Source of the DNA: the human T2T-CHM13v2.0 reference genome, Homo sapiens
Assembly (NCBI GenBank): GCA_009914755.4
Contig: CP068257.2
Coordinates: 16,192,001 to 16,256,000, forward strand
Length of the DNA stretch: 64,000 bases
Direction: 5' to 3'
How positions within the stretch are numbered: position 1 is the stretch's first letter; each line of letters opens with the position of its first letter. Positions 50,339-61,924 of this stretch are shown here, in pieces. Under the pieces are notes generated by a model. The model searched no databases and was not told the DNA's origin. It worked only from the letters and a program-made list of their open reading frames with translations. Made by a program: the position numbers and the translations under genes.

Positions 50339-51623
50339 CAAATAGCAAGAAAGAAAGAAAAAATCTTTCAGACCGTAAAGGCCTATGTGGTTATTATACT
50401 TGTGCTGACATTAGGCTTTGGGTTTCCTGGCAATCAAAGCAAGCAGAAAGACCTATTGCTCTTTTTCAGAAAGGAAAGAGGATTTCAGTTCCTCAGGGAA
50501 GGCAAAACTGTTTGTTTTTAGCACTAAGTTCTGAAAAGCATTTTCAATGTGGTGCTTTATATAAGGGGCACTGAACAAGATAATAGACAACATGCTTGAC
50601 TTCTTCCAAATAGCAAGCACATGAATGGAATCTATATGACGACTTCTTGTGTTGTCTTTAGATAATAGTGATATAACCTTAAAATGCATCTCAATGGATG
50701 CGATTATGTGGGGACTTGGCTCTGACGAAACGAAGCTGCCTAGACAAGATGAATTTTATCCATAGATAAAATTCCAAGAACCAGTCCAAGAAAAAGAGTT
50801 GAACAAATCCAGTTTTTCCTTGGGAAACGTTCATCTTCACTATCAGCAGTTTCTTAGCCATTTGAGTGCCCCTTTCTGGCTCCAATACAGTTGGCGGTCT
50901 TTTGTTTAATTTTGGCATCTTGCTCTCAGCTAGCTGTTATTATAATTCTCATAGCAGTCATAAATGCCATTGGAGCCCTAAGAGTTAAGAGTTTTGGACT
51001 TGCTGAGTTTTGAAAAGTTTAAAATTCCTTTAAAAAATAATCGTTGAACTCTTCAGAGTTTTTTATATGCTAATATATATTGTGACTCTGTAAGAGAGAA
51101 AAATAATGTTCAGTATTTCTTCATCATATTTGATCATGGAACCCCTTAGTCATGTATCAGATACCTGTTGGGAAATGCTGTTGAAAGTTATTCTTTGTTA
51201 ATGACTTTTAATGTAGACATTACAAGATCCCTTGCAGGGATATTGGCACTTTAGTATAGGATTAATGATGGTCAACAAATGTTTGAAATTGAAAGCTATG
51301 AATTTTTAGTAAAGCATCCTTGGTGCCCTGGCAAGTAGATGAAATATATTTGGGCAGGTGGAACTTTCTAGAATCCTCATGTCATACCACGTATTTATAA
51401 GACCAGCCCTCACAATCTTGGTCATGGCCTAAAAGTCTTTCTTCATCTATAAAATCAAGATTGTATTCTTCAGCTTAATCTTTGAATATCAACTGAATAA
51501 AATAATCAAAATACTGTTGAGACATTTGAAATGTAATCATTTTAAACTACCACTTAAAAAGAATAGAGCATAATAATAATCTTTGGGCAAAATTTATAAA
51601 GAATACGCTAGAGAATGGCTTTC

Positions 51624-51924
51624 TTTTTTTTTTTTTGAGACGGAGTCTCGCTCTGTCGCCCAGGCTGGAGTGCAGTGGCGTGATCTCGGCTCACTGCAAC
51701 CTCCGCCTCCCGGGTTCAAAAGCGATTCTCCTGCCTCAGCCTTCCGAATAGCTGGAATTACAGGCACACGGACGCCACCACGCCCGGCTAATTTTTTTGT
51801 ATTTTTAGTAGAGACGGGGTTTCACTGTGTTAGCCAGGATGGTCTCAATCTCCTGACCTTGTGATCTGCCTGCCTCGGCCTCCCAAAGTGCTGGGATTAC
51901 AGGCGTGAGCCACCGCGCCTGGCC
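51624..51924 (-). mobile_element. Alu SINE, CpG-rich and close to consensus, so probably a young AluY/AluS-type copy
   Basis: Poly-T followed by 'gagacggagtctcgctctgtcgcccaggctggagtgcagtggcgtgatctcggctcactgcaacctccgcctcccgggttcaaaagcgattctcctgcctcagccttccgaatagctgg...gcgtgagccaccgcgcctggcc'. A 12-bp TSD 'a(g/t)aatggctttc' sits at 51612-51623 and 51926-51937. Confidence 0.95.
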
Positions 51925-54665
51925 GATAATGGCTTTCAAAAATGCACGTTACTCTCACTATGACACAAAATAATGTGAATAAACATTTTAATAGCAAAGG
52001 CATTTTAAAACAAAACAGTTAATTAGGGGCATCACGCATGGTATAATTCTTTAAAGGTAGACATTGCTTAAGACCTTGAGACTGGATAGAGTGAAAAGAT
52101 ATCTCATCTTTTACATCTTAGAAATAAATATTTGTAACCATCTGGAGTCTATTTTCTGGATTAAAGAGAAGAGCAATAATCACACAAATTTATCTTTGAA
52201 ATGTCACTTCTAACATTTGCTAGTTGAACAATACTATACCTTCCCCCCTCCATTACATGGTCAAATATATTCTCCCTAAAAATATAATTTTAACATCTTG
52301 AAACAAAAGCAGTTTCTATTCTCTAAGCTAAAACATTAGTCACCAGAGAATGGAATTCTGTCTGAAGATTAGGTTTCTCTATCATGCTCCAGTGAGACTA
52401 AACTGAACATTCTTAACTCTTCTACTCTTCTGTGCATTTGCCTGATTATTATGTTTACCTGCAGGGAATTCTTCCCAACACATGATGAACTCTTATTCAT
52501 CCTCTAAAACCCAACATGCTTTCCTTTTCCAAGAACGCTTATCTTCCTCCCATTTTATCCATTTCTCCTGTATGCTACCTGCTGCATATACCTATTTCTA
52601 TTTTTTCATTTATCATATGGAAAAAATTCCATAAGAACATTAAAATATGTTCTTAGAGTATGAGTTCAAGGGAGGCATGAACTACCTCTAATTTGTTTCT
52701 GTCTTTTGGGGTTAAAGTATACACTACAATACAGATCTGCACAAAATATGCTGCCTCTTTTATTTGCTATAGTTGATTGCATCTAGCTCTGCATACCCCA
52801 GTTCTGCTGCCGGTGGAAGCATGAACGTGGTAGAAAACACTTACCTTGTCTGTGAGAGGTAACAGCCTTTTCTGGTTTAACAAACATTTTCTTCTGATTG
52901 GTTTAACATTTGTGATTAATTAGCCTTTAGATGGGTGGTAGAATAAAATATTATTTCAAAGTTCAAACTTCCTATCAAGATTGTCTCCTCACTTCTCACA
53001 AGCTCTCTCTTCTCCTCTTTCCCCCAAGATGGCATGTTTGTTCCAAGAGAAGATTGGATTGTTTAATTCAGTGTGCAGGAGTCTTCTGGTGTGGGGCTGC
53101 CTTCTCGGCACTGAGGAATGATTAACCTGTTCAGTGCCTGGTTCCCTTGGGTTGGTGTTCACTAAGGCATAGATAATCCCACCAATCTATCTGGGCTTCT
53201 TGCTGGGACCACCTCTTGATGTGATAGTCCTTTCAGTTTGGGTTTTCTAGGGTCCTGTGTTTTATGGTCTCATTCTCCCAGTACCAGCTCCTTCAAATTT
53301 CTCAACATCAAGTCTCTCAAGTTCCTCATCTTGGGTCATGAGAACTCCAAGATCTCCTACATACCAAATGTTGCTCGTGGGGAATATGCTGCTCACTACT
53401 GTCTGTTTGTGTCTAATCTTTCACACCCACTTCATGATGGATTCAGTGGAGAAAGGGGGAACAACCCTGGACATTTTGATCCTCTCTCAAATAATCTAGA
53501 GTCTCTATCAAGGTCTCTATCTATCTCTGTCATTTTTGTTTTTCTTTATTGGAACTTGAGTTTGGGAAACCAAGTTCCTTCTCAAAGACCCAGGCTATAT
53601 TCTCATCCTAGTGAAATTCCTTCCAGATATTTCTTTCTTTTTTACTGAATTAGATGAATGTCATTTACATTGAATCCTTACTCTATCCTAGAGCTTTTAG
53701 TAAAACTCTATGATTCAAGTCAAGTCATCTAGGTTTGGCTCCTGACATGAGAATGAAGCTTTTATAGTTTAGAGACCACCTTTCTTTATCACAATAGGCT
53801 GGCTTGCAAGACTAATGCTTCACTGTGGACTCAAGAGTTTCTTTGGGTTTTTTTGGTAGTCAAAAGCTGAATATTAGATATATCCTTCTTTTTTTGCATT
53901 CCTACTTTCATGTGTAAATTCACACAGCTGGCAAGAGGAAGGTTGATATTTTTTATCACCAGCACCTTAATGTTGACTTGGGTTTTTCTCATTTGTCAAA
54001 CCTACTCCTTTTCTGCCTCTCCACAGACTTTGTGGTTCTGCTATATTTGGCCCTATGTGATTATGCTGTATTGACCCAGTTGCCCCTAATCATGCTGTCT
54101 GTGCTCAGTACCTGCAGAAAAGATAAGATATTTCTTTTTCCTCTTTTCTTCAGAGCTAAACAACAGTTTAGAGCTTCCTTGCAGATAGGTGGGACTCTAT
54201 GTCTAAGTTCTGGCCAGGGAATATGTGTGGAAATGACACACCCTACTTCCAAGGCTGCCTTCTAACACTTCTTTTGCAGTCCTCCATAAACTTTTTTATA
54301 GTTTGTCAGTTGGCCAGAGGGAGAGGATTCACTGAAGGAAGGGCCCTGAGGTCCTAGGGGATGACAGGTCTACCCAGTCAACTTTCCGGGTCTATTATTC
54401 ACTGACCTCTAATTAAAATTTAAGATCTCTTTTAATTGTGAATATAGTCTTAATTTGAAGAGTATTTCCAGTATCTCTTACTTTGTCACTTATAGAATTA
54501 TAGATATTTTTATATTGCTTTACAGATATCTCAAAATATTAATTACACTCATTTCTAGTTTGACATTGAACTAGTTATTATTAGACTTGCCACTGAATCT
54601 TGTTATTTAATATACTAAAAACAAGTACATAATTAGCTTATTTGAAGTTTAAAAGATATATTTAG

Positions 54666-54954
54666 GGCTGGCCACAATGGCTTACACCTGTAATCCCAGC
54701 ATTTTGGGAGGCTGAGGGAGGAGGATTGCTTGAGACCAGGAGTTTGAGACTAGCCTGGGTAACATAGTGAGACACAGTCTTTACAAAAAATTTAAAACCT
54801 AGCTGGGCGTGGTGGCATGTGCCTGTAGTCTTAGCTACTCGGGAGGCTGAGGCAGGAGGATCACTTGAACCCAAGAGTTAGAGGCTGTGGAGAGCAATGA
54901 TTATGCTACTGTGCCACAGAACAAGACCTTGTCTCTTAAAAAAAGTATATATAA
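54666..54954 (+). mobile_element. Alu SINE
   Basis: 'ggctggccacaatggcttacacctgtaatcccagcattttgggaggctgagggaggaggattgcttgagaccaggagtttgagactagcctgggtaacatagtgagac...'. Confidence 0.92.
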
Positions 54955-56549
54955 AACTGTATTTAAATATACTTGCTTTCATTTTCATCTTATGTATTTT
55001 ATCTGTGTTTTTTTTCGCTTGATTTTTGGCCCTCTGTGGTGTCTCTCACCATATCTGGTAATTTTTGATTAAGTGATGGATATTACCATGGTATTTTTGG
55101 TTAAATGCAGAAGGAAAGCCATTTAAGAAAGTCACTGGGCCAGGATGTGTATCTTAAATATATTATACTGTTTTACCCCCTTACTCTTATCAATGTTTCT
55201 CAATTTGGCTTTATTAAAAGGATTAAACCCTAGAGAAGATGAAATCATTGTGTGACCATTTTCCATAGGTGGTCTTTAGCTGGTATCATTTTAGATGCAC
55301 AGGGACACAGTCAATTCATTATACCTATAGTAGTTGCCTCATGGCATTGAGTTTGATTCTCTCTCAGAACCCTGGTTGAGAAAGGCTGCTCTGGATGACA
55401 GGAAAATTTTAAGAGACAGGGCAGCTTCAATTCATCTGATCCCTGCAAAGGAGTGACCAGCAAGAAAATTATGGTCCTAAGACAGTTTAGGGGAATCAGC
55501 AAAAATGGAGTAGATTTTGCCATTCTTATTTGTGGAAAGAGGGCATTCAGTTAGCCTCTGTTGGGCTATGAAGCCTCTAGAAAACGGTGGTCTGATCAGC
55601 TCAGAGTGTTGATCTAGAATTACTGTAAAAGCAAAAATTAAAGAAAGATAATGTGCTTTCAGCTGTAGGCACTTTGATAACCTTGAGACTGTTTGGGATT
55701 GATGCCTTCAAGAAATATTAGGGAGATATTGTCAGACTTTTGCATAATAATTTCTATTATTAGTTCACAGTAAAAACTGCTATCAAGGTTGGCCAATGGG
55801 ATTGCTTACACACCATTGCCTAATCCTTGGGGGAAGTAAATGAACGTGACATTCTTCTTTGTACCTCTTCCATTAAAACGCTATCTGTGAAAGAATAGAA
55901 TCTGATGGGTAATGCGCAGAAACTAAAGCAGTGAATAATACTCATTACTCTCAGAGACTATTCAGCTTGGCATTATTTGCTTTTCCTCTTCTGATGAAAA
56001 TCTCTAAAAATTTTTCAGAAGCTATGAATATAAAAATTATAACCTAAGGATTCCCAGCAGGTTGAATTATTTGCTGAAACACTTACGAACAGCAGGTGTT
56101 TAGAGAATATGTGGCATCAAAAGCCATTTTCTCTCAGCCAAAGCATTCTTTTCACATGGAGGCATAAAATGCTATCAAGATTCAGATTTAAAAATGCTGA
56201 GGCATCTGTTATTTTTTCTCTCCCATCTCTGTATTTGAGTTTTTTTTTCATTTTTAGGTTATTTTAGGCATTTTATCTTTTGTATCTTTTGGTAGTAAAC
56301 AAAATATTATTTATTTATTATTTTTTCTGTAATTCTTTGGACTTAATCACTTGTAGACAAATTAAACATATTCATTATACAATTTTTAGTCAGTAGTTCT
56401 CTGATTACTCCCATTCTGAGGTTAATAGGAATTATAGGCATTATCATTTAATTTAGCACTAAATTATAGGATTTTGTCATTTTTTACTATTATTTGTTGT
56501 TTATCTTATTTCTTCCCTAAATAATTTTTTTAATGTGTATATATGGGTA

Positions 56550-56998
56550 CGATGGTTAGTTTCATGTGTCACTTTGACTGGGTACAAGTGCCCTGACATT
56601 CAGCTAAACATTATTCTGGGTGTGTCTTTGCAGGTGTTTCTGGGTGAGATTAACCTGATTGGTAAAGTGAGTCAAGCAGATGGCCCTCTCTAATGTAGGT
56701 GTGACTCAACCAATCAGTTGAAAACCTGAACACAACAAAAGGCTGAGTAAGAGGGAAGTCCTCCTGCCTGACTGCTTTGAGCTGAAACATTGGCTCTCCC
56801 CACGTCTTGAGCCTGCCAGCCTTCAGACTGGAACCAGCACTATTGACTCTCCTGGGTCTCCAGCTTACTGACTGAAGAACTTGGGAACTTACTGACTGAA
56901 GCCTCCATAATGAAATGAGTCAATTTCTGAGAGAGAGAGTGTGAGAGGGAGACTTTCATCCTATTGGTTCTGTTTTTCTGCAGAACTCTGACTAATCC
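56550..56998 (+). mobile_element. MLT1/MST-type MaLR solo LTR
   Basis: 'ggttagtttcatgtgtcactttgactgggtacaagtgccctgacattcagctaaacattattctgggtgtgtctttgcaggtgtttctgggtgagattaacctgattggtaaagtgagtcaagcagatggccctctctaatgtaggtgtgactcaaccaatcagttgaaaacctgaacacaacaaaaggctgagtaagagggaagtcctcctgcctgactgctttgagctgaaacattggctc...cctattggttctgtttttctgcagaactctgactaatcc' matches the MaLR LTR consensus from start to end. Confidence 0.8.
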
Positions 56999-58479
56999 AG
57001 TGGATCATGTCTTTGATATTAATTTTGTATATCCATAGCACATAGTAGTACATCACGAGTATGTTAGAAACTTAAAATAGACGTTTAGAAGCAGAGTGTT
57101 CCTTGATCAAATGATTCATGAAACCTAAAGTCAGTTACTCTGACATAAAAATTGACTACACATTTGCTAAATCCTTGAGTGCAGGTACTGTTGCACTTGT
57201 TGGGTTTGATATAGGTGGAAATAAAGGCAGTGAGAAATGCAGTATTGATCTTGATTAGGTGGTATGCTGAGTCACTATATTTGAATGAGGAATTGTAATT
57301 ATAGCACATAATACAGCATGATTTTCATAAAAAAAGGTATTATTTAAATGACAGGTTAAACTCATTTACCTTTGTCAAAAGCCCATGTATATCTTCTGAA
57401 AATTCATAATATTGTAAGTGACAGAAGAAGGGTTCTATTTATCAATGCTACCATAAGATTTGTAAACCAGTTAAAGCATGTCATCTTTCCTGCAGCGATT
57501 AGTGCTTTTGATCCAAGTCAGGGCATGCATTTAGAGTTGTTTTTCAAATTGTGGTGATGAATATCTTGTCTGATTTCACCTATAACCCTTGAAATGGATA
57601 TGCAGGAAGACTAATCAAGATAAAAGTTTTAATGCGTTGTTATAAAACAGAGTGAAATTATGACTGGTTCATGCTCAATTTTAACTCCACAGCCTTAGCC
57701 TCATTGGGTTGTGTAGTAACCAAATTAATGGATTAAAGTTAGAAAATGTGCCAAACCATAAACCAGAGATAAGTAAGCAGAAAACTGCACTGTCATGAAT
57801 GGACATCGTTCTAGTCACTTCTGAGTGTGATGGCATGAGTATTCTCACATGAAAGACTATTGTAAACTCTTACATTTGTTAAAACCAAACACTTACAGTC
57901 TTTACATGAACATTATAAACACAATTTATAAAAATATATAATGTTGCTTTTCTCTTGAGATGTTTCAGCTGAGAAATCTGAGAAGGTAGAAACATTGAAC
58001 TGCAAAATGCAACTATCCTCTAAAATACCTGGTAGTCTAGATTTGCTACCGATGTAATTTTTATACACATTTCAGAAAGTAATTTTTTCCCCAATACTTT
58101 GCTGGATTGCCCATAGGAATATAAAAAAAAACACACATGCTAATGTTGCCCACCTGATATTGAGCAGCACGATAGAGTTAGACTCCTGAGCTGCAACTTC
58201 TGGGTCAAAAGTTGATGCTATTTCAGGGTAGTAAGCACAGCATCCCTGTTGCCAGGAGGAAATGTATTTTCAGCTCTGCTCTCATTAGGTGGTTTTTTGT
58301 CCTCTTCAAATATGAGGAAAATAAAATCCTCTTCATCACCTCAACACAGTGGGGACTCAAAGTGCATACTCCCCAAGGGACACAGAGGGCTCAGAATAGA
58401 GACAAATGGGGATGACATTTTGCAGGTATATTGGAGAACAGTGAAGACAACCACTTTAGCAGAGTAACTTTTTTTTTTT

Positions 58480-58744
58480 TTTTTGAGATGGAGTCTTGCT
58501 CTGTCACCCAGGCTGGAGTACAGCAGTGTGATCTCAGCTCACTGCAACCTCTGTCTCCTGGGTTCAAGCGAGACAGCCACCTGAGTAGCTGGAATTAAAG
58601 GACCGCTTAAGTTTTGCATTTTTATTAGAGACAGGGTTTCGCCATGTTGGACAGGCTGGTCTCGAACTCCTGGCCTCAAGTGATCCACTGGCCTCGGCCT
58701 CCCAAAGTGCTGGGATTACAGGCGTGAGCCACTGCGCCCAGCCC
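58480..58744 (-). mobile_element. Alu SINE with a partly diverged left half
   Basis: Poly-T followed by 'gagatggagtcttgctctgtcacccaggctggagtacagcagtgtgatctcagctcactgcaacctctgtctcctgggttcaagcg...gctgggattacaggcgtgagccactgcgcccagccc'. A 9-10 bp TSD '(c)agagtaact' sits at 58470-58479 and 58744-58753. Confidence 0.92.
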
Positions 58745-59096
58745 AGAGTAACTATTAAGAGTGGATATTAAATGGAACATTGCACAAGCTCATGAGCAGA
58801 TAGTAAGAATGCCAACTCTGCTAGAAGGTAGTGACCTGTAAAACCTGTAAAACCATGAACAGTGTGTGGCTTTCAACAGAAGAGATGCCACAGTTGGATA
58901 AAGATAGAGACAGAGAAATTGTATCTGGATTAAACTGAAATAGTGATGATTTTCTGAATCATCCTTGATTAAGGATTTTCACCAAAGACTTATTGAGGAA
59001 TACTGTAAATTAATATGATAATTTATCTGCATGTATGCCATTTATTGTTTGTATTCTGTATATAATTATGATTCATTAACTATATAGTAAAATGTA

Positions 59097-59175
59097 TTAG
59101 GTGGATGCAAAAGTAATTGCGGTTTTTGCCATGACTTTCAATGGCAAAAACCCCAATTACTTTTGCACCAACCTA
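59097..59175. mobile_element. MADE1 (Hsmar1-derived 80-bp palindromic MITE)
   Basis: 'ttaggtggatgcaaaagtaattgcggtttttgccatgactttcaatggcaaaaaccccaattacttttgcaccaaccta' matches the MADE1 consensus 'TTAGGTTGGTGCAAAAGTAATTGCGGTTTTTGCCATTAAAAGTAATGGCAAAAACCGCAATTACTTTTGCACCAACCTAA'. TA dinucleotides flank it at 59095-59096 and 59176-59177. Confidence 0.92.
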
Positions 59176-59454
59176 TATGTAATTTTCATTTTCCAGTGCA
59201 GATCCATTCGGTCTAAATTAATCTTTTTATCGTCACAAAGTTCTTGAGTTTAAGAATATTTCACATGTTGTTGTAGGTGACTGGACTGGGAAGACACTAC
59301 CTGAAAACAGCAGTCTACATCTGGGCCCAGAAGATCCAAATCTGGAAATCAGCCCATTGTCTAGAATGCTACCTTTGCCATACTCGTTTCAGTCTAGGAT
59401 ACTAGACATATCCATTTTTTTTTAGAGATCATCAGGATTTTTGTAAGAGGGCTT

Positions 59455-59485
59455 GTGGGGGCAGGGGTGGGGTGTGATGGGGAGG
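59455..59485 (+). other. G-quadruplex-forming motif, four G4+ runs
   Basis: 'gtgggggcaggggtggggtgtgatggggagg'. Confidence 0.5.
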
Positions 59486-61924
59486 TGAACGGGATGACAA
59501 AGAATGCCTTTAGAACTTCATTCAAAACACTGTGCTCTATCACTTACTAAGCATGACTAGTCTTTGTTTGTGAGAGTATGCGGAGGAGAATTCAGACATT
59601 TATGATTCCCAACTAAGACCATGAATTTGAAGGAGGCATGCTTCCTATCCAACTTCAGAAATGGAAGCAAATCAAGTAACAAATATTTTTTTATCCCTTT
59701 TTATGGGCCCATCACTGAGCTAACTGCAAGGTATACTAAAGAGAGACTAACTGTACTCATTACCCTTAAATAATTACTGTAATTACATAAAAATACAAAA
59801 GAAAGAATTGTCACAGTCTAAAACATTTCATATTAGCTAGAGAGGCAATAGGAGACAAATTGTAAAAAATTAACTGGTTCTGGAACAAATAGGTTTTATA
59901 GAAGAAACATACTTAGTGACGTTCCTTGACGGAGTAGAAGGGCGGGGAGGGGAACAGGTAGGAGACAGGAGAAGCAAGTCCACAGCACTAACAAACCCAT
60001 TCCTGGACTTGTGCACATCCTTGAGCTTCAGCCCAGCTTTTGCAGGCAGCAGTGACCCTGTATTTCAATTGTTAATGCCATGATACCCCTATATAGAAGA
60101 AATTCCATGACTGCTTTCTTAAAACTGTTTTTGATATTCAGTTCCTTCCTAATTTCATTTTAGTTTATCCTCTTGGCTATTTGTCCTCCTTGAGAAGAAA
60201 GAGTCCGAGAGAGAGAGACATGGTCTTTGGTATCAAGATTTGCATGTATAATTTTCTGAGCTAGCTTTTCTCAGGAGGAGTTATTCCTTCTGTCTGTAAG
60301 TGTCCCCAAATCTTTATGAAATAACATACTAATTGCGGCCAAGATGCTAGTGCTCACGAGCACCTGTATTCTCTTCTTTATCCTGAGCCCCCAGGTAGAC
60401 CACACTTTCTAGGCTCCCTTGCAGATTGGTGTAGCTATGTGAGAGTTCTCGTAAATGGCAAGCAGAAATGATGGGACCATTTTCAGACTGACACACAGAG
60501 AACCTCCCACATGCAATTCTCTAAGCTCTTGGCTGATTAGAGAGGACTCTGGGACACCAAAAGAGAATGGAGCCTCTGGTGGGAAAGACCCTGGGCCCCT
60601 AAACTGTGGGTATAAGACAGAGCCTTCCCTTCCTCCCAGTGCCTCAGATTGGACTGTGATGTGATGTGAGCTACAAATAACAATGATTGCATTAGCTGAA
60701 TCTCCAGTTGGTTGCTCATTGATTCATTTAACGTATATTATTGGACCACTTCTCATGTTCAATACCATAATCCTATTGATTTTCCAAAGCAATGTCACTA
60801 TCAATTTAAAGCACATGAATAAATTTATTATAATAGAGCATAGCCATTTTGGACAAATGTTTAAAAAACTTTTTATTTAGAAGAATTTCAAGGTAACACT
60901 TGTGAGAACAGCACAAAGAACACTTGTATGCTCTTCACCCACATTCACCTACATTTTGTTCCATCGGCTTCATCTCTTGTTCTTTCTTCACGTATACACA
61001 TATTTTTCATATTTTTCTGAACCTGATCACTGTATAAAAACAAGGACACTCACCTACACAACAGCAGTACAGTTGTCAAACTAAAGGAAATTTCTCACAT
61101 CTATTCAATCGACTGTGTGTATTCCAGTTTATGAATTGACCCCAACCTGTCCTTCATAACATTTTTTTCTCACTTATAGAGTAGCCCAGTCTAGGAGCAT
61201 GCACTGATTTTAATGGTTGTATCTTTTTAGTCTCCCTTAATCTTTGTCTTTACCTTTAATTTCTGTCTTTTGTGACATTGACATTTTAAAAGAATACAGT
61301 CCTATCTTTCTAATAGAATGTTTTTCATTTTGGCTTTGTCTCATTTGTCAGCATTGGAGTTGGGATATGGATTCTTTTTAAAAATCTTTTTATTGAAGTA
61401 CAATAAGCAAACATTTTGAACCAAAACTTTGATAGCTCATTGAACAAGGGTGAGGGATTGAGGTATCCAATTGTAGTTGTTTCATTGCTAGGTTATGAGG
61501 TAGATGCCATTTCTTCTTCTTTTAAAAAAATTTTAAAAACCAGAACATTTATTGCGTGACTAATCATTGAAATTCTTAAGATGAACTGGATGCTGCAACA
61601 GTTGTCTTTCTGGATTTAGCTGTTGTTCCTTCACGGAATCTATGGCTGAATCTGCAGTACCCAATTTTTAGGTGCCTCACTTCACCAGTCCCAGTGGTAT
61701 TTTGTCTTTTAGACTTGACACTCGAGTTATACTTCCTCTTGCACTTGGCAGAGTAGCCACATTTGCCACAGGTCACTTCTGAAGGTGGTAGGCCTTAGAC
61801 CCACAGCAGGGACACAGTATGTGCATCTTATTGTGGGGCTTTCCAAACTATGACATTCCCTTTGTCATCTCGCTTCTGTGGCTAAGACCAAAGAGCAGTA
61901 GATGCAATTTCTTGTTTTCTTTTT

